Origin: Candidatus Hydrogenedentota bacterium
GTDB taxonomy: Bacteria; Hydrogenedentota; Hydrogenedentia; Hydrogenedentales; SLHB01
Direction: 5' to 3'
DNA length: 64,000 nt
Assembly (NCBI GenBank): GCA_963668025.2
Contig: CAXXTH010000017.1
Location: forward strand, 800,001-864,000
Shown here in pieces: positions 1 to 9,384 of this stretch. Both the position numbers and the translations under genes were made by a program. Each line of letters begins with the position of its first letter. Within the stretch, counting starts at the first letter, position 1. Below the pieces are notes generated by a model. It did no database searches. It was not told where the DNA came from and was given only the letters and a program-made list of their open reading frames with translations.

Positions 1-19
1 ATGGCCGTGGAGGGTAAGC

Positions 20-778
20 GTGGTGCAGGAAGCAGAATGGTACTATGCCGCGGGCGGTGAAGCGAAGGGGCCGTATTCAGAAGAAGCCCTCGAACAATTC
101 GCCCAGCAGGGTGTCATTAACCGGGATACCTTGGTCTGGACCACCCGCCTATCCGGGTGGCTGCCGTATGGCCGCATCAAGCCCGGCGCACTGGGGCAAG
201 CAACCTGCGCGGTGTGCGGCGTGCAGCATCCGCACGAACAGATGCTCTCCCTGTTCGGGCATTCCATTTGCCCCGCCTGCAAACCCGCGTATGTGCAATG
301 CCTGCGGGAAGGCATCGCGCCTCCCAACACGGTGCTGTATGGTGGCTTCTGGCCACGCCTGGGCGCGAAAGTTATCGACGGCGCACTCGTAGGATTCTTT
401 ATCCTGGTGATCGCCAGTTGGATTGGCGTGATACTCCTTCCAGTCCTGGACAATGACGATTGGTTTCCCTTTCTCTTCAGCGGCATGCAGATGGGATTCA
501 GCCTGGTTAGCACAGTGCTCGGGGCTGCCTATTATACATGGTTCGTGGGAAAGTTCGGCGCGACAGCAGGCAAAATGGCCTTCGGTCTGCGCGTCGTCAC
601 GCAGGAGCTTGGCCGAGTCTCCTATCTTCGGGCGTTCGCGCGGTATTGGGCGGAGATGCTGAGCGGGATGATCCTATATATCGGCTACATCATGGCGGCC
701 TTCGACAACCAGAAACGGGCGCTGCATGACCATATCTGCGGCACGCGCGTCGTCGTGGCGGGAAGGAGGCGGTCATGA
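20..778 (+). CDS. RDD family membrane protein with N-terminal GYF_2 (DUF4339) domain and CxxC zinc ribbon
   Basis: N-terminal WYY..GEAKGPY...INRDTLVW...GW (GYF_2); CAVCG/CPAC; RDD motifs 'GGFWPRLGAKVID', 'GATAGKMAFGLRV', 'RALHDHICGTRVV'. GTG start. Confidence 0.9.
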   Translation: MVQEAEWYYAAGGEAKGPYSEEALEQFAQQGVINRDTLVWTTRLSGWLPYGRIKPGALGQATCAVCGVQHPHEQMLSLFGHSICPACKPAYVQCLREGIAPPNTVLYGGFWPRLGAKVIDGALVGFFILVIASWIGVILLPVLDNDDWFPFLFSGMQMGFSLVSTVLGAAYYTWFVGKFGATAGKMAFGLRVVTQELGRVSYLRAFARYWAEMLSGMILYIGYIMAAFDNQKRALHDHICGTRVVVAGRRRS

Positions 779-1374
779 GCGATCATCTGCTGGTATGCGC
801 CACCTGTAAGAAACACATCCCCATCGAGACTCTTGCGCTTTCCGAAATGACGGCCTGCCCCTTCTGTGGAGCCGCTTTCGCGGCCTATGTGTTTCCCGCC
901 GCCATCGCCGCGCCGAAAGTGGATGCGCCAACGGCGGCCATCGACGGCGAGAGCACCTGCTTCTACCATGATACGCGCCCGGCGGAGCATGTGTGCGCCG
1001 CATGCGGACGGCTAATCTGCGGGCTGTGCGGCATCGAACTTGGGAATCGCCAGATGTGCCCGAAATGCTTCGAGCAGGGCCTTACCGAACAAAAGGACCT
1101 CAGCCTGGCCGGAAGCCGCATCCGGTACGACAGCATAGCTTTCACGCTGGCCATAATAAGCCCGCTTTTTTTGTTTTTTTGTTTTCCCACTATTGTGGCA
1201 TCGACGGTGGCGTCCATCGTGCTGGCGATCCTGCATTTCAAAAAGACGCCGAACCGGACTCGCTCATCGAATGTCCAAGCCATCGCGGCTATCATCATCG
1301 CCTCACTCGAGCTGGCGGGTGTGGCGGTGGCAATGCTTTATTTTGGATATGCGGCCATTTCCGAAATGATATAG
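775..1374 (+). CDS. Zn-ribbon/B-box-type zinc-finger membrane protein
   Basis: CATC, CPFC and CFYH-x8-CAACGRLICGLC-x9-CPKC; C-terminal hydrophobic helices; ATGA overlap with the RDD gene. Confidence 0.75.
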   Translation: MSDHLLVCATCKKHIPIETLALSEMTACPFCGAAFAAYVFPAAIAAPKVDAPTAAIDGESTCFYHDTRPAEHVCAACGRLICGLCGIELGNRQMCPKCFEQGLTEQKDLSLAGSRIRYDSIAFTLAIISPLFLFFCFPTIVASTVASIVLAILHFKKTPNRTRSSNVQAIAAIIIASLELAGVAVAMLYFGYAAISEMI

Positions 1375-1378
1375 GAGG

Positions 1379-2464
1379 ATGCATACGTTGAACGCCATGG
1401 GCGGTATCTATCAGGCGCTTCCATATAAAGCATCAGGCGCCTCCTTTTTATCTAGGATAACCTACCAATTGATGCTGGCGGATAATCATCTGATGGAAGT
1501 GAGCCGGGGCAGCTATCAAGAGAGTTATAAGCGCTTCTACTTCAAAGACATCCAGGCGCTATCCATCTCTCAAACGCACCGGTTTTATAACCATCTTTTG
1601 ATGGCGGGCATTCTGCTTACTCTACTCATTCCGGCCGTTATCTTTTTTATAGCAAGTGGTTCTTTCGGTCTCATGCATGATTGGATTATCCTGGCGATCT
1701 TTTGCTTGCTTGTTGCCGCGCCATTCGCTATCGCTATTATCACCAGCGTTCTGAAAGGCCCCACATGCGTGATGCGAATCCGCACTGCCACACAATTCAC
1801 CGAGCTGCACGCGGTAAACCGGTTGCGCACGGCGCAATTGGTTGCCGAATTATTACGGGGCTACATCGAACAGGCCCAGAACACGGCACTTGATGAAACC
1901 GTTGCGCGGACGGCATTAGCCCAGATAGACGCCCCGCCCAAGCTGCGCCAAGCCATTCTGGACGACGAACCGGAGGGGCCGGTTCGCCAGGAAGCAGGCC
2001 GGTATCATGCCGCCGCGTTCACGTGTCTGGCCTTCAATGCCGCTTCGTGCATCGTCTCGTTCACGATCATTCATCCTGTATGGACCGCTATAGATAGCCT
2101 CCTGGTTTTGGCGGCAATGGTTTGTTTCCTCACGGCAGTCATTCGGCAGAGCGGCTGTTCCGTCCCCTCGGGTTTGCGTATGCTGGTGTGGGTGGGCTTG
2201 GGCTGGACATGCCTTTCCTATATGATAAACCTGGTATATGGCGTGGTGCTCTATACGATGGATCCCGAGTTGGCGCAGAATATTTGGCGAGGAGCCGTGA
2301 CGTCGCCAGACGTAATTCCAGGCAATTTATTGATCACCGCCATTTTTCTCGTCATTGATATACAGATTGCCATCGCTGGGCTGGCCATGACGTTTCAATA
2401 CCAGCGGAACTTGCGCGCGGCGGAACCGTCCGCGCCGCCAACGGACGAAGCGGGAGCGGAATAG
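1379..2464 (+). CDS. multi-pass membrane protein, unknown function
   Basis: 361-aa ORF with several TM segments, AGGAGG next to the start, operonic spacing. Confidence 0.75.
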   Translation: MHTLNAMGGIYQALPYKASGASFLSRITYQLMLADNHLMEVSRGSYQESYKRFYFKDIQALSISQTHRFYNHLLMAGILLTLLIPAVIFFIASGSFGLMHDWIILAIFCLLVAAPFAIAIITSVLKGPTCVMRIRTATQFTELHAVNRLRTAQLVAELLRGYIEQAQNTALDETVARTALAQIDAPPKLRQAILDDEPEGPVRQEAGRYHAAAFTCLAFNAASCIVSFTIIHPVWTAIDSLLVLAAMVCFLTAVIRQSGCSVPSGLRMLVWVGLGWTCLSYMINLVYGVVLYTMDPELAQNIWRGAVTSPDVIPGNLLITAIFLVIDIQIAIAGLAMTFQYQRNLRAAEPSAPPTDEAGAE

Positions 2465-2467
2465 CCC

Positions 2468-2878
2468 ATGTCCATCCTGGCCCGCCAGCGATGCTTCAAC
2501 CATGGCGAACGTGAGGCGGCGGTATGCTGCCCCGAATGCGGGCGGTTCTTCTGCCGCGAATGCGCCACGGAACATAGCGGGAAGATGCTATGTGCGCCTT
2601 GCATACGCAGACGGGCTGTGCGGAAGGAACAGCGCGGCTCGCGTTGGGCCGGTGGCGCGGCGCGGATGCTTCTGTCGGCGGCGGCCTTGTGTCTGGCATG
2701 GCTCTGCTTCTACTTGGTGGGCCATGGTTTGCTGTTGATCCCGAGCGAATTCCACAAAGGCGAGTTCTGGAGCACCGGATGGGAAGAAGAATACCACCCG
2801 TCCGATTCTGACCATACCGAGGAAGACCGTTCCCCGCCCGAGGCAAGCGACGCACCCAAGCCGGAGGCCGAATCATGA
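2468..2878 (+). CDS. B-box-type zinc-finger protein with one TM helix
   Basis: CFNHGEREAAVCCPECGRFFCRECATEHSGKMLCAPC followed by a hydrophobic helix. Confidence 0.8.
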   Translation: MSILARQRCFNHGEREAAVCCPECGRFFCRECATEHSGKMLCAPCIRRRAVRKEQRGSRWAGGAARMLLSAAALCLAWLCFYLVGHGLLLIPSEFHKGEFWSTGWEEEYHPSDSDHTEEDRSPPEASDAPKPEAES

Positions 2879-4638
2879 AGCGGCGCGCCCCCGAGGTTTC
2901 CGCCATTGCCCTCCTGGACGAGGCCACGCACCTGTTGCGCGCGGCTTCCCCTACGGCTTGGGCGGCCTACGCCGTGGGCGCGCTTCCTTTTATACTCGGC
3001 CTGCTGTATTTCTGGGCCGACATGAGCCAATCGGCGGGTGCGGAACGCCGTTGCGCCGACGCCGCGTTCGGACTGGCGCTGCTGTTTGTATGGATGAAAG
3101 CCTGGCAGGCCGTGTTCATGCGTTCGCTGCGGGAAAAGCTTGGAGGTGGCTCCCGGCGCTGGACATGCGGGCGGGCGTGGCGCATGGCCATGAACCAAGC
3201 GCTTATCCAGCCCACCGGGCTGGTGGTTATTCCCTTGAGCGCGATGTCCGTACTGCCGCTGCCTTGGGTGTACGCGTTTTATCAAAATGTGAGCGCACTC
3301 GATGACGGTGAAGACGGCGCTTGGCGACTCATACACCGGGCGTGGACTGAAGCCTTGCGGCGTCCCGTACAAAACCTCGTGGCCTTATGGGTGGCAAGCC
3401 CGCTGCCACTGTTGTTGGGCGGAAGCGTTTTTCTGGCGTTCATCCCCATCGCCACCGCCGCCGCTCCATGGGAAGTGGTGGACCAAATCATTTGGTTTTA
3501 TGGCGTCTTGGCAGGCCTGGCGCTTGTGGTGTTGTCCCCTCTGGGCGTGCTCTTATGCATCAACATCACGGCGGCGGTATACGCTGCGCCCATGCTCCTG
3601 CGGAGCTTGCTCGGTGTCGAAAATCTCTTCAATCAATCCACGGGGGCCATGCTGAATACGACGCTCGGAGCGACAGTAGCCGCGCTGGTGTTTTTGATGA
3701 TGGACCCCGTCATCAAGTCGGTCTACGTGTTGCGCTGCTTTTACGGCGAATCGCGCCATACGGCGGAAGATCTGCGCGCGGAACTGCGGGCGCTGGCGCG
3801 CCGGGCGGTCCTCCTCGTGCTGGCGTGTGGTGCATTGTGGACCGCGACTCCCGTATACGCCCAAGAACCGCCCGCCGCCCCGCAAGCCGTACAATCCGTT
3901 GAATTGGAGCAATCCATCCAGCGCGTGCTCACCCAGCGCGAATACGCCTGGCGGCTGCCACGCGAAGCGGAATTGCCGGAAATACCGCAAACCGGCATGA
4001 TGGGCCGCTGGTTCGAACGCATGGTGGATTGGAGCCAAACCGTTCGGCAATGGGTAAACGGCACGATGGAGCGCTTGCGGAAATGGCTGGAGGCCCACGA
4101 AAAAACCGCCGTGACGGATGGACGGGAACGGCTCTCCTGGCGGGGATCCGTGGAAATACTCGCATATATCCTGCTTGCCGTGGCGTTGTCCATCATGGCG
4201 GTACTGGTGTTACGGGTGTGGGCGTCGGCGCGCGGTAAAACCGCATCCGCCACTGCCGCCGCTTCGCAAAGCATTGATATTGAGGACGAGGGGGTTAGCC
4301 CGGAAGCCTTGCCGGAAGACGGCTGGCTCGCCATGGCACAAGATTTCCTGGCCCGAGGAGACACCCGCCTGGCCATGCGCGCCCTATTCCTGGCCACGCT
4401 GGCCTGGCTGGCCGCCCATGGGCGCATCAATCCCGCACGGTATAAATCGAACCGCGATTATTTGCGTGAACTGAACCGGCGCGGCCACGCGGAACCGGCC
4501 ATCGCCACCGCCTTCCAGGAAGGCGTCACGCTCTTCGAGCCGATCTGGTATGGAAACGTCCTGGCGACGGAAACGCGGTATGGCCAGTTTCTCGCCTGCC
4601 ATCAGAGGATATGCGCCCATGAACAGCCTGTCCACTAA
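2875..4638 (+). CDS. DUF4129 domain-containing membrane protein
   Basis: Multi-TM N-terminal half; C-terminal 'GDTRLAMRALFLATL...KSNRDYLREL...FEPIWYG' matches the DUF4129 pattern; ATGA overlap with the upstream gene. Confidence 0.85.
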   Translation: MKRRAPEVSAIALLDEATHLLRAASPTAWAAYAVGALPFILGLLYFWADMSQSAGAERRCADAAFGLALLFVWMKAWQAVFMRSLREKLGGGSRRWTCGRAWRMAMNQALIQPTGLVVIPLSAMSVLPLPWVYAFYQNVSALDDGEDGAWRLIHRAWTEALRRPVQNLVALWVASPLPLLLGGSVFLAFIPIATAAAPWEVVDQIIWFYGVLAGLALVVLSPLGVLLCINITAAVYAAPMLLRSLLGVENLFNQSTGAMLNTTLGATVAALVFLMMDPVIKSVYVLRCFYGESRHTAEDLRAELRALARRAVLLVLACGALWTATPVYAQEPPAAPQAVQSVELEQSIQRVLTQREYAWRLPREAELPEIPQTGMMGRWFERMVDWSQTVRQWVNGTMERLRKWLEAHEKTAVTDGRERLSWRGSVEILAYILLAVALSIMAVLVLRVWASARGKTASATAAASQSIDIEDEGVSPEALPEDGWLAMAQDFLARGDTRLAMRALFLATLAWLAAHGRINPARYKSNRDYLRELNRRGHAEPAIATAFQEGVTLFEPIWYGNVLATETRYGQFLACHQRICAHEQPVH

Positions 4639-5896
4639 GTTCCTGGCGGCCTTAGGCGTCTTGGCGGCGGTCCTGTTCGCCTATGGCATCATCCAGCTTT
4701 TCCTGTTCCGGGCTGGCGTGGGCGATTCGCTCCCCCCCTATTCCAGTTATCGCGCCGATCCCGTGGGCGTGAAAGCCTTCTACGAAGGCTTGGCCTCCCT
4801 GCCCGGCATGGAAGTCCGCCGCAACCGGGACAAGCTGGCTAAGCTCGCCACACAGCCCGGCGAGACACTCTTGTTCGTGGGAACGCCTTATTACGGCGAC
4901 ATTGACGAAGTCGAAGAAGAGATCGTCGAGGCGCTCGAAGCCGCCGCGAATGCAGGCGCACGAGTCGTGCTGGCGTTCATCCCCGATCCGGAAGGCGGAT
5001 TCCGTGGTGCGTCCTCACTCGAAAAAGAGGAGGAAAATAAGCCGGAAGAGAAGAAAGAAGATAAACCGGCGGAGAAGAAAGAAGAAGATCCTTTCATGGC
5101 CCCACCCCCCACCGTTTCCCTGCGCGAACGCTGGGGCCTCACTTGTGCGTTCGCCCGCCTCGAACAGGACGACAAGGGCGAATACGCGCCCGCGACGGCC
5201 ACACTCGCCCAGAATTACACGGGCGCGGACTTACCGGAGTCCCTCTCGTGGCATGCCGCGCTGTATTTCACCGAACTAGCCGGGGAATGGCGGCCTGTTT
5301 ATGTACGCGGCGAATGGCCCGTCCTCATCGAGCGGCCTTTCGGTGCGGGAACGCTCGTGCTGTCGTCGGACTCCTATTTCATGAGCAACGAAGCCTTGCG
5401 CATCGAGCCCCAGCCGGCGCTTTTGGCGTGGGTGGTGGGGCCTGCCCGTGTGGTGCTCTTCGACGAATACCTCCATGGAATCCAGGCCAATCCGGGGATC
5501 ATGGCCCTTGCACGCCGCTACCGGCTGCATGGTCTCGGGCTGGGACTCCTGGTTCTCGGCGTGTTGTATATATGGCGCGCGATGTCGCCCCTCGTACCGC
5601 GCCGGACGGATCCAGCGCCCGAAGAGGCCGTGCCCCTCGAAGGACGCGATGCGGCGGCCGCCTTGCAAAACCTGCTGCGCCGCCATGTGCCCCGCCACGA
5701 ATTGCTTGGCACATGCCTTCACGAATGGCGGAGCGCCCAGCCGCGTATTTCGGCTGAGGAGGAGCGGCGATTCCAAGAAGCGGAAGCCATCGCCGCCGCC
5801 GAGGAAGCGAAGCCCGCAAAATCCAGAAACCGGGCCGAGGCATATAAGGCCATTTCGGCGTTGCTAGGCAAACAAGCCGGACGCGTAATACGTTAG
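4619..5896 (+). CDS. DUF4350 domain-containing membrane protein
   Basis: N-terminal TM, 'YSSYRADPVGVKAFYEGL', 'FMSNEAL', 'VLFDEYLHG', second TM; start placed at MNSLSTK (4619), overlapping the DUF4129 stop. Confidence 0.85.
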   Translation: MNSLSTKFLAALGVLAAVLFAYGIIQLFLFRAGVGDSLPPYSSYRADPVGVKAFYEGLASLPGMEVRRNRDKLAKLATQPGETLLFVGTPYYGDIDEVEEEIVEALEAAANAGARVVLAFIPDPEGGFRGASSLEKEEENKPEEKKEDKPAEKKEEDPFMAPPPTVSLRERWGLTCAFARLEQDDKGEYAPATATLAQNYTGADLPESLSWHAALYFTELAGEWRPVYVRGEWPVLIERPFGAGTLVLSSDSYFMSNEALRIEPQPALLAWVVGPARVVLFDEYLHGIQANPGIMALARRYRLHGLGLGLLVLGVLYIWRAMSPLVPRRTDPAPEEAVPLEGRDAAAALQNLLRRHVPRHELLGTCLHEWRSAQPRISAEEERRFQEAEAIAAAEEAKPAKSRNRAEAYKAISALLGKQAGRVIR

Positions 5897-5930
5897 CCGA
5901 CGGACGAAATGGCCGATTTTTTAGCCCTGT

Positions 5931-5950
5931 ATTCGCGTCCATTCGCGGTT
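5931..5950. repeat. single arm of a short-period inverted-repeat element (ATTCGCGTCC ATTCGCGGTT)
   Basis: Tandem 10-mer between convergent genes; same architecture as the arms at 24.5, 51.0 and 55.6 kb. Confidence 0.4.
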
Positions 5951-5963
5951 CAAAAAAAACAGC

Positions 5964-6770
5964 TCAACGGCCCTTTCGCGGTCCTTTGGGCCGGGGTGTT
6001 TGGGAGTTTGCGCCGCGTTTCTCCGCGCCGGGGCGGGCGGCTCGGGAATGAGATGGCAGTTTAACGGCTGGCTGCGCCGCATGGGCTTCCTTCTTCATGA
6101 TGAAGAGATAATTGAAACCGCGCAGGAAGAAATTCCCTCGAACGGCTTCCGTTTGATAATGGCGGCGTTTGAGGGTTTTGTTGTGGCGCACGACGGCGAT
6201 GATATCCACCGGCGTGAAGTAGCGGCAGAGCAGGTTAAATAAGGTGAATCCGATGGGACTCAACGGCTTGCCTTTTTTATACGAGTCACAGCAATACAGG
6301 GCCATATACCGGTTTTCCCGCAGGATGCGATTGATCTCCGTGATGACGCGCCCCATGGCCTCATAAAATTCCGGTTCCTGGCTATCCAACTTGCCGATGC
6401 AATCCGGGTCATCGCTGTATTCGATATGCGTCGAATAGGGCGGATCGACAAATACGAAATCGGCTTTTCCCGTCTCGAGGGGAAGCTTTCGGGCGTCGGC
6501 GCGGAAAATATCTGGCCGGTATGGGGCGATATCATAGCCGAGTGCCCGCCGGTTCAACTCACGCGCCACGTCAAGCGACGTGCCGCTGCCGCACATGGGA
6601 TCGACGATTAAGTCTTTTTCGCGCGTATAGCGCTGGAGCACATTCCAGATGATGTACGAGGGCGTCGCTCCCGCGTAATCCGGGTCGCCTTGCAACGTGT
6701 CGCCATAGTGCTGCGAAGGGTAATCCCATAACGTGGTCGATTGAATCTCGAGCGGAGGCTTTTTAAACAT
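5964..6770 (-). CDS. orphan amino-methyltransferase (N4/N6 DNA methylase or Trm11-like)
   Basis: SAM-binding 'VDPMCGSGT' followed by catalytic 'DPPY'; no adjacent restriction nuclease. Confidence 0.8.
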   Translation of the reverse strand: MFKKPPLEIQSTTLWDYPSQHYGDTLQGDPDYAGATPSYIIWNVLQRYTREKDLIVDPMCGSGTSLDVARELNRRALGYDIAPYRPDIFRADARKLPLETGKADFVFVDPPYSTHIEYSDDPDCIGKLDSQEPEFYEAMGRVITEINRILRENRYMALYCCDSYKKGKPLSPIGFTLFNLLCRYFTPVDIIAVVRHNKTLKRRHYQTEAVRGNFFLRGFNYLFIMKKEAHAAQPAVKLPSHSRAARPGAEKRGANSQTPRPKGPRKGR

Positions 6771-6864
6771 CTATGCACCTATTTTCCAGGGAATGTATGG
6801 GCCATAAAAAGCACAAGAGGCGGACGAGCGCCTCTTGTGTATCGTATGCTTCTTGCGGCTGTGA

Positions 6865-7734
6865 TTACAGCCGGTGCTTATACAAGACATAATACGAAGC
6901 GGTATTAAACTCCGCGCCATGCCGGTCAAAAAAGAGATAACCTGCCGTAAGCGACAACGTGCCATTTTCACTCACCGGAATATCGTAGCCGATACGCGGG
7001 CTTAGGTAGATAAGGTCATAATATTCCGCATGCTTGACCTTGGCGAAATCATTCAATACCGGCAGTTCCATGATCACTTGGCCAACGGTATAAATATGGA
7101 CATATCCGATACCGCCCTCTAAATATGGCTTGCCTGCACGGATGCGGTTCAAGAGCCAGCCATCGCCTTCCACATCATCAAAAGACGATTTTCCCCACGG
7201 ATAATAGTCCACGCCCGCAGAGATGAACTGCACTTTCCGGTGGAATTTTACATTTACGTCCAGGAGATTGGCGAGATAATCATTATATGTCCGCACCGTG
7301 CCCATAATGAATCCAACCGTCGAAAAGACCGACCATTTTTCATTCAGGCTGCGGCCAACGCCCAGATGAAGATCCCATAACATGAACTGGTCGCGCCAGT
7401 CCGAAAAGGTGGCCGGCTCTTCCCAATTAGGCAGCAGATTGCCATATAAACCATTGATATCCCGGTCGATTTCGTGTTTGCTTTCGCTGAGCCTAGGCCA
7501 TACATTGGCGACGCCCGCAATTAAGTACCAATACCGGTCCGTGCGCTGCTTCGGCGTCTCGTTTGGATCGGTGAGAGGCTTGAATTCGGGTTCTTTTGGA
7601 GTGTTGTCGGAATTCGCTTCCGTGCCTGCTTGCTTATCTGCCGCGCCCGGGCTTTGCTCGGTATTTTCTCCGGCCCAGCACACACCTGCTAGAAATAGTG
7701 TAAAAATGAAACACAATACCCGATGAACATGCAT
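6865..7734 (-). CDS. putative outer-membrane beta-barrel protein
   Basis: Signal peptide ending VCWA-G; alternating aromatic beta-strands (GVDYYPW, PYLEGGIGYVHI, PRIGYDIPV); terminal strand YYVLYKHRL. Confidence 0.6.
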   Translation of the reverse strand: MHVHRVLCFIFTLFLAGVCWAGENTEQSPGAADKQAGTEANSDNTPKEPEFKPLTDPNETPKQRTDRYWYLIAGVANVWPRLSESKHEIDRDINGLYGNLLPNWEEPATFSDWRDQFMLWDLHLGVGRSLNEKWSVFSTVGFIMGTVRTYNDYLANLLDVNVKFHRKVQFISAGVDYYPWGKSSFDDVEGDGWLLNRIRAGKPYLEGGIGYVHIYTVGQVIMELPVLNDFAKVKHAEYYDLIYLSPRIGYDIPVSENGTLSLTAGYLFFDRHGAEFNTASYYVLYKHRL

Positions 7735-8006
7735 GACGGTTTCCCTCCTGATGCATACAGCTTTGCCGGCGAACACTCCGGCATACGGTGAATTTTTGAA
7801 CTGGCTTCCCCCTGCAGGTCACCAGACAACCGTATGATAGCATAAGAGTCTGTTCGAGGCATCCCTTTTCTTCTTCATTCGGCCAGCTTTGTATTCCACA
7901 TTTTCCGCATTATAATGGCTTTAGCAATCCCATTAAGGCGGGCATGAACCATATGCGCGCGTTTTCGAACCGGCTCGCCACAGCTATCAATGTGTATGAA
8001 AGGATT

Positions 8007-9197
8007 ATGAATCACGCAAAACAGATGCTCTCGATAGGGTTTGGCATATTTACCCTATTAGCGCCGCCGTTTGCGTATTCGGATGAACCTATGCAAGAGC
8101 ATACTCGAGTTCCTGGCGTCATCATTGATTACATACCCGCCGCAACGCAGCAATATATTGGGTGCCCGAGCCTGGTGATCATGGAAGACGGCTCATATGC
8201 CGCTTCCCATTCGTTTTTCGGCCTCGGCTCCACGAACGACGTGTCTGTTGTCTTTTCGTCCCATGATAAGGGCGCCACATGGGAAAAACTCACGGAACTC
8301 AAGGGGCAATGGTGGTCCACCCTATTTTTATATCAAAATGGTTTATATATAATGGGCGTCGATAAAGAATATGGCCGGGCAGTGATCAGAAAGTCTCTGG
8401 ATGGAGGGAAATCGTGGACCAATCCCGTGGATGAAAAAAGCGGGCTTCTCATCTCCCAGGGGGAATATCATTGTGCGCCTGTTCCGGTAGTCGAATATGA
8501 AGGCCGAATATGGCGGGCCATGGAAGAACGGAATCCGCCAGAAGGATGGCCGGATAATTTAGTTTCTTTTGTCATGTCCGCACCTTTGGGCTCGGATTTG
8601 CTAGACGCTCGAAACTGGCGGGCAAGCAACCGCCTTCGATTTGATAAAGCAGTTTGGCCGGGAATCGGCTGGCTCGAAGGCAATATCGTGATTGCCCCGG
8701 ACGGTTCCATAAAGAACATATTGCGCGTGCATGGGGAGGCGGATGAAAAGGCCGCCGTGGCCGATGTGAGTCCTGATGGGGCCACTGTATCATTCGAGCC
8801 CGCCAGCGGATTTGTGGATTTTCCTGGGGGGAGTAAGAAGTTCACGATCCGGTGGGATTCCACGGCGAAAGCCTACTATACGCTATCAAATTACATCCCA
8901 GAGAATCATAAGGGAGGCCGGCCCGACACCATTCGGAATACGCTCGCCCTTGCCTCTTCGCCCAATCTGCGCGATTGGTCCGTGCGGTCCATAATCTTGT
9001 ATGTTCCCGATGTGCTAAAAAGCGGCTTTCAATATATCGACTGGCAAGTCGAGGGAAAAAATATCATCTTTGTGTCCCGAACCGCTTACGATGATGGCGT
9101 GGGGGGCGCCCACAATTTTCATGACGCCAACTATTTCACTTTCCACCGAATTCCTGATTTCAGAAATCGGACGCTGCAAGATCCGATGTTGGAATGA
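8007..9197 (+). CDS. secreted sialidase-like (BNR/Asp-box beta-propeller) protein
   Basis: Signal peptide; Asp-boxes SHDKGATW and SLDGGKSW; start could also be 7944. Confidence 0.8.
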   Translation: MNHAKQMLSIGFGIFTLLAPPFAYSDEPMQEHTRVPGVIIDYIPAATQQYIGCPSLVIMEDGSYAASHSFFGLGSTNDVSVVFSSHDKGATWEKLTELKGQWWSTLFLYQNGLYIMGVDKEYGRAVIRKSLDGGKSWTNPVDEKSGLLISQGEYHCAPVPVVEYEGRIWRAMEERNPPEGWPDNLVSFVMSAPLGSDLLDARNWRASNRLRFDKAVWPGIGWLEGNIVIAPDGSIKNILRVHGEADEKAAVADVSPDGATVSFEPASGFVDFPGGSKKFTIRWDSTAKAYYTLSNYIPENHKGGRPDTIRNTLALASSPNLRDWSVRSIILYVPDVLKSGFQYIDWQVEGKNIIFVSRTAYDDGVGGAHNFHDANYFTFHRIPDFRNRTLQDPMLE

Positions 9198-9384
9198 AGG
9201 CCAGGCATGCTTGATACAACACGCATGATGTCGTATTTCCTTTTCACGCGGACGCATTCGTTGTTGCCTGGCAAATATGCGGAGTGGTTCTTGATGCCCT
9301 ATACAAACTATAATGGGATTTATTGCTTGAAACCGTTTCAATTTGGGAGAAATGGCCACATTTTGAAGAGAAGGGGAGGCCAGT

